64,000 bases of DNA from positions 52-64,051 of the forward strand of contig CAVXLI010000022.1 of the NCBI GenBank assembly GCA_963762595.1, written 5' to 3'. Each line of letters begins with the position of its first letter. Position 1 is the stretch's first letter. Position numbers and translations under genes: made by a program. The notes beneath the pieces are model-generated. The model ran no database searches. It had not been told where the DNA came from and saw nothing but the letters and a program-made list of their open reading frames with translations. Shown here one piece after another: positions 53,910 through 64,000 of this stretch. This stretch comes from an uncultured delta proteobacterium (lineage in GTDB: Bacteria; Desulfobacterota; Syntrophia; Syntrophales; Smithellaceae).

Positions 53910-55359
53910 TTGAACAGTTTTAAAAAGGTTCCAACGAATCCCCTAAAAATTCAGGATAATACTTTTCGCGATGGCCATCAATCCATTTATGCCACAAGAA
54001 TGAAAACGGAAGATATGCTTCCCATTGCCGAAGAAATGGATAGTTGTGGTTTTCACGCGATGGAAGTATGGGGTGGCGCGACCTTTGATACGATGCACAG
54101 GTTTTTGGGTGAAGATCCCTGGATGCGTCCGAGAATTTTAAAAAAATATATCACCAAAACTCCTTTTGCCATGCTTATACGCGGACAAAATCTGGTTGGT
54201 TACCGTCATTACGCCGATGATGTTGTGCGCGCTTTTGTGGATAAAGCCTGCGAAATCGGCATTGATGTTTTCCGTTGTTTTGACGCTTTAAACGATTTCC
54301 GCAACATGGAATCATGTGCGGAAAGAATCAAAGCCAACGGCAAACAGTTTCAGGGAGCTCTTTGTTATTCATTGACCGATGTCCGTTTGGGAGGAGAAGT
54401 TTATAATCTTGAATATTTCGTGGCGAAAGCCAAAGAACTGGAGCAAATGGGCGCGGACGCGGTCTGCATTAAAGACATGGCGGGACTTCTTTCTCCTTTT
54501 GACGCTTATGATCTGGTTTCTGCCATAAAAAAAGAAATTAAATTGCCTTTGCATTTACATTCCCATTACACCAGCGGCATGGCTGTCGATGACATATTTA
54601 AAAGCGATAGAAGCCGGAGTTGATGTTGTGGATACATGTCTGGCGCCTTTTGCGCTGAGAACTTCGATGCCCGCCATTGAACCTTTGGTTGCAGCCCTTC
54701 GGGGAACCGAGCGCGCGACCGGAATGGATTTACACAAACTGTTGGTGCTGGGTGAACATCTGGAAAATATTGCTCCGAAATATAATCATCTATCTGGCTA
54801 CTCATAAACTATCAATCATCGATAACGGAGTTCTTGCCCATCAAATTCCCGGCGGTATGATTTCCAATTTGACCGGCCAACTCAAAGAAATGAACGCGCT
54901 GGATCGATTGGGAGAAATTTACATAGAAGTAGTTCAAACGCGCAAAGATATGGGCTATCCGCCTCTGGTTACACCGGTATCGCAAATCATCGGAGCGCAA
55001 GCTGTGTTCAATGTGCTTTTTGGCCGTTATGTTCGGGTATCCAACCAGCTTAAAGATCTGGTTTTGGGACTTATACGGAAAAACTCCGGTGCCGATTGAT
55101 CCGGAATTGACCAAAAAGATACTGAAGAATTACAAGCGTGGACAGGAACCGGTTTCCGGAAGGCCGGCTGATTATCTGGAACCGGAAATCGAAGCGGCAA
55201 AAAAACGTATCGGCGATCTTGCCCGCAGCGATGAAGATGTGCTGGCATATATCTTATATCCCGCAACTATGGAAAAATTTCTGCAGGACGAAATATGGAA
55301 TAGATTCGCCGGCAAGTGCGGGAGTGGAAAAATTCCCAGGAAAAAAAGTTGCCGCATAA
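53910..55359 (+). CDS. pyruvate carboxylase subunit B / oxaloacetate decarboxylase alpha / transcarboxylase 5S-like carboxyltransferase, no biotinyl domain (several frameshifts)
   Basis: RDGHQS, WGGATFD, IKDMAG, HSH, HQIPGGMISNL, GYPPLVTP. Confidence 0.88.
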
Positions 55360-55459
55360 AGTGGCAATAATTAAGGTTCCTTTTTTTAAAAAGAGACTTC
55401 CTCCAAAGGAATTGTCTTATAAATTAATATCTAAAAAAGTGAAACGAAAGGTTTGGTTT

Positions 55460-56663
55460 ATGGATTTTAGTCTTAATGAGAATCAGCTTAACGTATCTGG
55501 ATACTGTGCGCAAATTTGTAAAAAATGAAATAACGCCTCATATTTTGGAGATGGAAAAAGCTCATATATTTCCCTGGGATGATTATTAACAAGGCCTGGG
55601 AAATGGGCATTATCAATTTATGCATTCCGGAATCTGTCAAAGGTTATGAAATTGACGTTATTTACTTCCGCTTTGATTATTGAAGAGCTTTCCTACGGCG
55701 ATACGGGCATTTCCACTTCGGCGATGTGCAATGATTTGGCCAATGTTGTGATAGGCCTGCATGGCACGGATGAGCAAAAAGAATTATTTCTCAAACCTTT
55801 TGTGGAAAAGCCTCTTTTGGCTTCTTTTTGTTTAACGGAACCTAACGCCGGTTCGGATAATTCGATGATGACCAGCTTTATCGTCAAGAAAGATGACGGC
55901 ACTTATGTTTTAAACGGGTCCAAGTGTTTTATTACCAATGCTTCTTATGCTTCTCAATATCACTGTTATTTGCAAAATAGGAAAATCGACGAGCAATTTT
56001 ATGGCTTGCGTTGTTATTCCGGTGGAGCCGGTAACGTCAAAAGAAATTCCCGATATCGGGCAGTCCACCAGAGAAATTAATCTGCCGACAGGCGGAAAGA
56101 TAATTATCGGCAAGCCGGAAGATAAATTAGGGCAACGCCTTTCCAATACGGCCAGCGTCACTTTTGAGGATGTAATTATCCAGCCGAATCAGATTATCGG
56201 AGACAGGCGTTTCGGCTTTAAATATATTGTTGATGTTTTGGATTATGCCCGGCCGATGGTGGCCGCAATCGGCTTAGGATTGGCCAAAAGGGCGTTTGCG
56301 GTCACTCTGGAATACACGCGGGAACGCAAACAATTTGGTCAGAGAATTTGCGATCTTCCCGTGGCCAGAGATATGATAACAACCATGTGGAAAAAAGTGG
56401 AACTGGCCGAACTCGCTCTTTTAAAAGCGGTCTGTAAAATTCAGGAAAAAGCCGATGATGCCGGAATTTACGCTTCTTTGGCCAAGAACACGGCCGCTGA
56501 AGCTGCTATCTTTTGTTCAACAGAAGGGCTTCATTTACATGGCGGTTATGGTTTTACAAACGAGTACGAAATTTCCAAGCTCGCGCGTGACGCTCATATT
56601 ATTGATATTTATGAAGGTGTGCGGGAAGTGCAAAATATGATTATCGGACGGGAGATTGTTTAA
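55460..56663 (+). CDS. acyl-CoA dehydrogenase (several frameshifts)
   Basis: MDFSL, FCLTEPNAGSD, LNGSKCFITN, RKQFG, HGGYGF, IYEG. Confidence 0.88.
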
Positions 56664-56665
56664 AA

Positions 56666-57658
56666 ATGCTTTATCTTCACTCAATGGGACATTTCAATCC
56701 GGAAAATATAATTACGAACAAATTTTTAGAAGATCTGGATATCGGCACAAATAACGAATGGATTTTGGAGCGTGTGGGCATCCAAAATCGCCGGACAGTA
56801 TTACCTTTGGACTATATTAAAAAAACTAAAAATAGTGATACACGCGCAGCTTTTGAAGCCAGGCTTTACAAAAATGCACAAATGGGAGCGGCAGCCGCGA
56901 GGCTCGCGCTTAAAAGAGCTTCACTAAAACCTGAAGATATCGGAATGATTATTGCCGGTTCTTCATCACCGGATAACATCTCGCCGGCGGAAGCTTCGGC
57001 GATTGCTACAGAACTGGGTATTGAAGTACCCTGTCTCGATATGAATTCGGCCTGCTCTACTTTTGGGATGCAAATCAATTTTCTATCCCGAATGAAACCG
57101 GATAGTCTCCCTCCTTATATATTGTTGATTGACTCGGAAACGCTGACGAAATGCGTTGACTATACCGACCGTAGTGTAGCGGTGCTTTTTGGCGATGGCA
57201 GTTCGGCGGCAATAGTATCCACAATGCTTCCAGCGCGTGCCGCTTTTTTGAATTGTTTTTTCGATTCGAGGCCTTCTGCCTGGACAAAAGTCGGTATCGG
57301 CTATGATTGGTATTTTCGTCAGGATGGCAATGCCGTGCAGGGTTTTGCCATTAGGCAGACAACGGAATCCGTGAAAATTCTGCAGGAGGCATTCGCGGCT
57401 GAGGCAGGACGCTTTATCTTTATCGGCCATCAGGCCAATTTGCTGATGCTTAAGACGGTGAGTGAACGAAGAGGAATAAAGCCCGAACACCATTGGTATA
57501 ATGTTGATCAGTTTGGCAATACCGGCTGTTGCAGCGCACCTACCGTTTTGAGCATGCACTGGGATGATATTAAGGTCGGAGATCGTATCGCTATGGCGAT
57601 CATCGGAGCGGGACTTTCCTGGACGCACATGGTGTTGAAAGTGGAGGAGGGCAAATGA
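56666..57658 (+). CDS. fabH: beta-ketoacyl-ACP synthase III family
   Basis: SACS, LFGDG, HQAN, FGNT. Confidence 0.88.
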   Translation: MLYLHSMGHFNPENIITNKFLEDLDIGTNNEWILERVGIQNRRTVLPLDYIKKTKNSDTRAAFEARLYKNAQMGAAAARLALKRASLKPEDIGMIIAGSSSPDNISPAEASAIATELGIEVPCLDMNSACSTFGMQINFLSRMKPDSLPPYILLIDSETLTKCVDYTDRSVAVLFGDGSSAAIVSTMLPARAAFLNCFFDSRPSAWTKVGIGYDWYFRQDGNAVQGFAIRQTTESVKILQEAFAAEAGRFIFIGHQANLLMLKTVSERRGIKPEHHWYNVDQFGNTGCCSAPTVLSMHWDDIKVGDRIAMAIIGAGLSWTHMVLKVEEGK

Positions 57659-58386
57659 TGGAGAAACCGGTTGCAATTGTTACAGGTGGAGGAACGGGCA
57701 TAGGGGCGGCTTGCTCCCGCGCCCTGGCGTCCGAAGGTTTCCACGTGGGCATCAACTACATACCCGTTATGGAAGAACCGTCGAAAGCGGTTCTTGCCGA
57801 GATAAAGGAAGGATTTCTAATAGAAGCTGATCTGACGGACCCGGACCAGATAGACATGATGGTAAACCAGATCAAGGAAGTGGCGGGCCGCGTGGATGTT
57901 CTTGTCAACAACGCCGGCATTTCGATCAACAATGATATCAACTCGATGAAAATCGAGCAATTTGACCGCCAGCGTGAACTTGTACGGGGCGTCTGGTATC
58001 TGACCAAAAAAATTCTCCGGCAGTTTATGCTTCGGCAGAATACGGGGCGAATTATCAATATCTCCAGCGTTGTTGGGCATACGGGTAATGCCGGACAGAT
58101 TCCCTACACGATGGAAAAGGCGGCGCTGGATGCCTTTACGAAGTCTCTGTCGCAGGAGTTATGGGGAAGAAATATTCTGGTCAATTCCGTTGCTCCCGGT
58201 TTTATCGACACGACCATGACAAAGGAACTTCCCGATCAAGTCAAGGAGAAGATCCTGTCAAGCATTCCATTGGCCAGATTGGGCAAGGCCGAGGAAATTG
58301 CGGATGTGGTCGCTTTTTTGGCAACAAGGGCCAATTATATTACCGGAACAGTAATTCATGTCAATGGAGGGCTTTATGGAGGCTGA
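57655..58386 (+). CDS. fabG: 3-oxoacyl-ACP reductase
   Basis: TGGGTGIG, NNAGI, GNAGQIPYTMEK, VAPGFIDT. Confidence 0.88.
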   Translation: MMEKPVAIVTGGGTGIGAACSRALASEGFHVGINYIPVMEEPSKAVLAEIKEGFLIEADLTDPDQIDMMVNQIKEVAGRVDVLVNNAGISINNDINSMKIEQFDRQRELVRGVWYLTKKILRQFMLRQNTGRIINISSVVGHTGNAGQIPYTMEKAALDAFTKSLSQELWGRNILVNSVAPGFIDTTMTKELPDQVKEKILSSIPLARLGKAEEIADVVAFLATRANYITGTVIHVNGGLYGG

Positions 58387-58845
58387 TGACGGAATGAAGC
58401 AGGAAATTTTGGCACTTGTGCCGCAGCAGGAGCCTTTTCGTTTTATTGATGAAATTATCAGTCTCGATGAGGAACAGATAGTCGGGGCATACCGTTTTCG
58501 TGAAGATGAATTTTTTTATCGCGGACATTTCCCGGGCAGTCCTATTACGCCGGGCGTGATTCTTATTGAAACGATGGCGCAAATCGGAGCTATTGCTTTT
58601 GGAATTTATCTTCTTGCGTGTCAGAAAAAAATGCGGCCGGGACAATGGATATACCGCTTAGTTTGTTTTCATCGGCGGATGGCGTGGAGTTCAAAGGAAT
58701 TGTAGTACCGGGTGAAAGAGTAATCGTGAAGGGCAAAAAAAATTATTTTCGTAAGGGAGTTTTAAAAGTGGATACGACTATGGAAAGAGAAAATGGCGAA
58801 ATAGTTTGCCTGGGAACGCTGACGGGAGTGGGAGCGAATAAATGA
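58376..58845 (+). CDS. fabZ: 3-hydroxyacyl-ACP dehydratase, FabZ family (frameshift near 58645)
   Basis: PQQEPFRFID, GHFPGSPITPGVILIE. Confidence 0.85.
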
Positions 58846-60124
58846 GGAAAAGAGTTGTCATTACGGGAATGGGTGTAGCAGCTCCCAACGCGCATGGATT
58901 GGATAATTTTGAGACAGGCGCTCAGAGGAGGTCGTTCCGGCATTCGTTTTATTCCTCAATTGGAGGAATTGAAATTTGGCTGTCAGATTGCCGGAGTGCC
59001 GGAAAATTTTGACGATATCCGGAAAAGTTATTTTGATCGCGAAAAGCTTTTATCCATCAATGATAATATCGGCTTTGCTTCGGTTTCGGCGGTGGATGCC
59101 TGGAAGGATGCCGGCTTTAATATTCCGGATAGCGATGACGATACGGTAGATTGGGATACAGGTGTTATTGCCGGTTCCGGAATCGGCGGCATGGATACGA
59201 TTGCCAATAGTGTCGTTCCTATGATTAATGAAGGCAAGGTACGACGATTGGGCAGCCGTGTTGTCGAACAGGTGATGAGCAGCGGCACCAGCGCCCGCAT
59301 TTCCGGTTTGATCGGCGCCGGCAATCAAGTGACATCGAATTCTTCGGCTTGCAGCACCGGTAATGAAGCGATAATTGATGCCCTCTGGAGAATAAGAATG
59401 GGATTGGCCAAACGCATGGTGGCCGGCGGTTCCGAAGGAGCGACGCCTTACATCTGGGGAGGCTTTGATGCCATGCGCGTGCTTTGCCGTAAATTTAATG
59501 ATAATCCGGCGGCGGGTTCCCGCCCGATGAGCGCTACTGCTTGCGGCTTTGTTCCCGGTTCCGGCGGCGCCATGCTGGTTTTGGAAGAACTGGAAACGGC
59601 TCTGGCCAGAGGAGCCAGAATTTACGCGGAAATAATCGGCGGCTATGTTAATTGCGGCGGTCAGCGAATGGGCGGTTCCATGACTGCGCCCAATCCTGAA
59701 GGTGTGAAAAGATGTATTCGCGGTGCGGTTGCCGATGCGGGAATTGATCCGGCCGAAGTTGATGCCATCAACGGACATTTGACGGCGACTTATGCCGATC
59801 CTCATGAAGTTAAAAACTGGGCGGAGGCGCTGGAGCGAACTCCGGATAATTTTCCTTATATTCAATGCCACAAAATCATTGATCGGCCATTGTCTGGGCG
59901 CCGCCGGCGCCATAGAATGCGTGGCTTCTGTTTTGCAGATTTATAAAGGATTCCTGCATCCTTCTATTAATTGTGAGGATGTACATCCGGATATTGCCGA
60001 ATATGCTCCGAAGATTCCGCAAAAATGTTTAGAATTTCCGCAATTGAGAATTGTCGCCAAAGCCGGTTTTGGTTTCGGCGATGTTAACAGTTGTATTATT
60101 TTTAAAAAGTGGGAAGAAAAATAA
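58842..60124 (+). CDS. fabF: beta-ketoacyl-ACP synthase II family (two frameshifts)
   Basis: RVVITGMG, SACSTG, INGHLT, KSLIGHCLGAAG, FGFG. Confidence 0.88.
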
Positions 60125-60149
60125 TTTATATTATAAGGAGAATGGTTTT

Positions 60150-60398
60150 ATGGATGAGAAGAAAATTTTTGAAGAAATGATCAATATTTTGAAAGCCTAT
60201 ACCAAGGACCAGACTCTTTTGGAAAAGGCGACGATGGATACGCACATTTTAAATGATTTAAAGGTAAATTCCGCCCGTCTGGTTGATGTAATCATCAAAT
60301 GTGAAGATGTTTACGGTATCAGCGTTGATGATGATGAAGCGGATAAAATTCGCACCATTGGCGACGCAGTGAAAATTATTAAACAAAAACTCGGGTAA
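60150..60398 (+). CDS. acyl carrier protein (NSA motif variant)
   Basis: 82 aa, DLKVNSARLVD, IRTIGDAV; AAGGAG RBS. Confidence 0.88.
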   Translation: MDEKKIFEEMINILKAYTKDQTLLEKATMDTHILNDLKVNSARLVDVIIKCEDVYGISVDDDEADKIRTIGDAVKIIKQKLG

Positions 60399-60402
60399 AA
60401 AA

Positions 60403-61227
60403 ATGGATAAAAAATCCAAAGTATTTATTCAGGTACAAAATATTTTAGGACGAATTGCGATACTAATCATCGCGCCTTTATATTTTTTTATTGCTAAAAT
60501 TTTATTTTATCGAGTACAGAATTTGAAAGAAATTCGCCGCCAGTGCGCGAGTGAATTTGCCCAGCACAAGGGATCCTGGATTGTTTGCGCTAATCATTTG
60601 ACGATGATTGACTCTTTTATTTTGGGTTATGCCACTTTCAGCTTACGTCAGCATATAACCGGGTACAAGAAGCTGCCCTGGAATTTACCGGAAAGAAGTA
60701 ATTTTCAAAGCAATATTTTTCTGGCGGTATTGTGCTATCTGGCCAAATGCATTCCCATTGATCGCGGCGGATCCCGTGAAAAGATAAAGAAGACTTTGGA
60801 TAAATGTGTTTATCTGCTGCGTAGCGGCCATAACATCATGATCTTTCCTGAAGGCGGGCGTTCCCGCACCGGAAGAATTAATAAAGAAAGTTTTTCTTAC
60901 GGCGTGGGACGTTTCGTCAAAGACGTGGAAGACTGCAAGGTGATGTGTATTTATATGCGTGGAGATAAGCAGGATAAATACAGTGCTATTCCTGCCTGGG
61001 GCGAAAAATTTTCAGTGCAAATAGAAGTATTTTCGCCGGAACGTATCGAGGGAAGCGGACTGCGAGTGCAACGAGAATATGCCACGCAAATAATTGACCG
61101 GCTCGCGCAAATGGAGGAAAAGTATTTTGCCCTACGTCGGGAACGATATCGTGGATTTGAGAGAGCCGGCGAACGCGGGAAAGAGCCGGGATTCGCGCTT
61201 TCTAAAGAAAATCCTCACCGATGCTGA
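60403..61227 (+). CDS. lysophospholipid acyltransferase (PlsC-like)
   Basis: ANHLTMID, IDR, IFPEGGRS. Confidence 0.88.
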   Translation: MDKKSKVFIQVQNILGRIAILIIAPLYFFIAKILFYRVQNLKEIRRQCASEFAQHKGSWIVCANHLTMIDSFILGYATFSLRQHITGYKKLPWNLPERSNFQSNIFLAVLCYLAKCIPIDRGGSREKIKKTLDKCVYLLRSGHNIMIFPEGGRSRTGRINKESFSYGVGRFVKDVEDCKVMCIYMRGDKQDKYSAIPAWGEKFSVQIEVFSPERIEGSGLRVQREYATQIIDRLAQMEEKYFALRRERYRGFERAGERGKEPGFALSKENPHRC

Positions 61228-61753
61228 AATTGAATTTGTACAAAACGCGGAAAATCCTGATAAGGCGCTTTGGTCGCTTTGGGCTTGTAAAGAAACCGCG
61301 TATAAAGTCATAAAAAAATCTTGTGCTGATGCCGCTTTTTTACCGCGCCGGTGGAAGGTAATTCTCAAGAAACCCGAATCGGCATGTTCAGACGGCGAGG
61401 TTGAGATTACCGACGCAGAAACAGTTTATATTCGTCTCTTTTCCCATTCCCGCTATGTCCATTGCGTGGCAGCAGATAGCCCGGCTGATTTGGACAGATT
61501 AATTTGTAAAGTAGAAGCTCTGCCGGAGAAGGAAAACGAGAAAAAAATAGACCCATCTTTATTTGCGCGAAAATGCCTTGTCCGAAGTTTAGCCGATTTT
61601 TTCCGTTTGAATTTTAGTGACATCAAAATAAATAGAATAAAAGAAAGAAATGAGCTTCAGCCGCCGCATGTTTATATAAACGGCAAAAAATCAGATATTG
61701 ATATAAGTTTAAGCCATGACGGTCAATTCGTTGCTTACGCTTTTTTATCCTGA
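61127..61753 (+). CDS. 4'-phosphopantetheinyl transferase
   Basis: VGNDIVD, WACKETAYK, ISLSHD; TTG start after GGAGG. Confidence 0.88.
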   Translation: MPYVGNDIVDLREPANAGKSRDSRFLKKILTDAEIEFVQNAENPDKALWSLWACKETAYKVIKKSCADAAFLPRRWKVILKKPESACSDGEVEITDAETVYIRLFSHSRYVHCVAADSPADLDRLICKVEALPEKENEKKIDPSLFARKCLVRSLADFFRLNFSDIKINRIKERNELQPPHVYINGKKSDIDISLSHDGQFVAYAFLS

Positions 61754-61916
61754 CTACTCTTTGAAGCAATTAAGTGCAAATAAATCTTAAGCAAATTTCC
61801 GAGGTTATGTTATCACGAGAGAATAACTATTCATTTTCCATATATTATCTTGTCAGGTTATTTTTCTTATGGTAATTAATTATTAGTTTAAATTCAAAAT
61901 AGTAAAGGATTTTATT

Positions 61917-63300
61917 ATGAAAATCGCGGTTTTAAACGGTTCGCCAAAAGGACAGATCAGCGTTACCATGCAGTATGTTCATTTTCTGCAACAAAAATTT
62001 CCGGACACCGAATTCAAAATTTTTGATATAGCCCTGAAAATTAAAAAACTGGAAAAAGAAAAAAATGATTTTCAGGAAATTATCGGGGAAATATCCGCTT
62101 CTGATGCCGTCCTCTGGGCGTTCCCCCTTTATTTTTTTCTTGTTTGTTCGCAGTATAAAAGATTTATCGAATTGATTTTTGAAAGAAACGAGACCTCGGC
62201 TTTCCGCGGAAAACCGGCCGCGAGCCTTTCTACATCAATCAACTTTTTTGATCATACCGCCCACAATTATATCAATGCTATCTGCGACGATTTGGAAATG
62301 AAATATTTTGGATCCTATTCGGCGGAGATGAATGATCTGCATAAATCCCGGGAAAGAAAAAGACTCCAAACTTTTGGTGAATTATTTATCAAGGCGATTA
62401 AAGAAGGCACACCTTCAATAAAAAATAATAAACCGCTGATTAAACAGGAAGTTGTTTATGAACCGGCCAAACCTTTGCCTGTGGAGACCAACGGCAAAAA
62501 AGTATTAATTGTCGTTGATGATATGGGTAAAAGTCCTAATCTCCGTAAGATGGTGGAAAATTTGCAAAAAACTTTTTCCCCTGCCGCTGAGTTAGTGCAA
62601 CTTAAAGATATTGATATCAAAGGCGGCTGCCTTGGGCTGTATGCAGTGCGGTTTAGATAATGTCTGTGTTTACGAAGGTAAAGATGGATTTATTGATTTT
62701 TTCAACCAGAAAATAAAAACAGCGGACATTTTATTTTTTGCCGGCTCCATTCATGACCGGTATCTTTCGTCATTATGGAAATGCTTTTTTGACCGCAGCT
62801 TTTTCAACGGCCATACACCGGTTCTACAGGATAAACAAATCGGTTTTGTTATTTCCGGGCCGTTCAGTCAAATTTATAATTTGCGTGAAATTTTTGAAGC
62901 TCATGTCGAAATGCAACACTCCAATCTTGTCGGATTTGTCAGTGATGATATGGGCAGCTCGGCAGAAATTAATACCGCTCTGCAAATTATAGCTTCCAAC
63001 GCGGTTATGTACGGTAAGCTTGGCTATATAAAACCGCAGAACATTTTATCAGGTTGCGGGTACAAAGTTATTCCGGGATGCCGTTTGGAGCAGGCTGCGT
63101 CCTGTTTTCCAGGCTGATCACAGATATTACAAAAAACATGGTTTTTACAATTTTCCTCAAAAGAATTATAAATGGCGGATGATTAACAGCACGCATAGTA
63201 CTGCTCACAAAAATCCCGTTCATTCGCCGCGAGTTTATCAAGCGAATGAAAGTGGAAATGATCAAGCCTTTTGCAAATGTTGTGAAAAAAACAGGAATAA
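61917..63300 (+). CDS. NAD(P)H-dependent two-domain flavodoxin-like oxidoreductase (several frameshifts; end approximate)
   Basis: LNGSPKG, FPLY, GGCLGCxxC, FFDRSF, FQADH. Confidence 0.78.
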
Positions 63301-63399
63301 ATTCCATTCATAGTTCAAAGGATCATTATGACCAGCAGTATAGTGCAAACAGACAAATAATTGGCGGTTGATATATTTCGATGAAAAAAGGGAGGAGAT

Positions 63400-64000
63400 A
63401 TGAATATCAAGGATGTGGTTGCGTTAGTAACGGGCGGAGTGTCGGGATTGGGAGAAGCCACGGTCATCGAATTGGTGAAACATGGCGCGAAGGTCGCCAT
63501 CGTTGATATTGATTCGGTCAGAGGCGAGAAACTCGCGGCTGATTTAGGAGCAAACGCGATATTTATAAAAGCCGATGTGACCAGTGAAGTCCGAAATTCA
63601 GCAGGCCATGAAAAAGACAGTAGACGCCTTCGGGAAAATAAATGTTGCCGTCAATTGCGCCGGTGTTGCCAATCCGGGAAAGGTTCTGAGCAAAAAAGGT
63701 CCCCTGTCTTTGGACGCGTTCAATAAAGTAGTGCAAATTAATCTTGTCGGAACGCTCAATGTGATCAGGCTGGCAGTCGAGCAAATGAATAATAACACGC
63801 CCAATGAAGAAGGCGAAAAAGGTGTAATCATTAATACAGCTTCAGTTGCCGCGTTTGATGGACAGATAGGACAGGCGGCCTACAGCGGTTCTAAAGCCGG
63901 TATAGTGGGAATGACGCTGCCCATCGCCCGCGAATGTGCCGATTACGGAATAAGGGTGGCCACTATTGCCCCGGGACTTTTTGATACGCCGATGATGGCC
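63400..64000 (+). CDS. 3-hydroxyacyl-CoA dehydrogenase type 2 (HSD17B10-like SDR), truncated by window end, one frameshift
   Basis: [44 protein letters not shown]. Confidence 0.88.

Noticed and set aside
59050-59913. Long antisense ORFs (also 41225-41782, 57083-57676, 13970-14527, 5512-6051)
   Set aside because: Shadows of well-supported genes on the opposite strand, with no recognisable motifs.
52903-60124. Programmed ribosomal frameshifting in the FAS operon
   Set aside because: Breaks are numerous, sit at arbitrary non-slippery positions and affect unrelated genes.

Overview
Bacterial chromosomal window, probably from an anaerobic Desulfobacterota member (Smithella/Syntrophaceae-like; inferred from gene content only). 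Bases 1-27 kb are a patchwork of unrelated single genes in mixed orientation. Nearly every gap between them holds REP-like palindromes or recurring end motifs (GGGGTCAA..., AAATAGAACCGT, ...GTCCCC), and some of these are duplicated and carry promoters. Three genes appear split in the ORF track but read through an in-frame TGA followed by a SECIS-like hairpin, so they are probable selenoproteins (HesB-like, PrdB/GrdB-like, OsmC-like). Further along are an extended ars operon without arsC (28-34 kb), an nrpR-gdhA locus convergent on a KaiC-like/PEP-synthase-like protein (37.7-42.9 kb), and an NtrC-type two-component system. Divergent from that system is a second, sigma54-type FAS II operon with a carboxyltransferase, acyl-CoA dehydrogenase, NSA-motif ACP, acyltransferase and PPTase (52.9-61.8 kb). 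Many genes carry single-base frameshifts that look like sequencing errors. No rRNA, tRNA, CRISPR array, integrase or transposase gene was seen.
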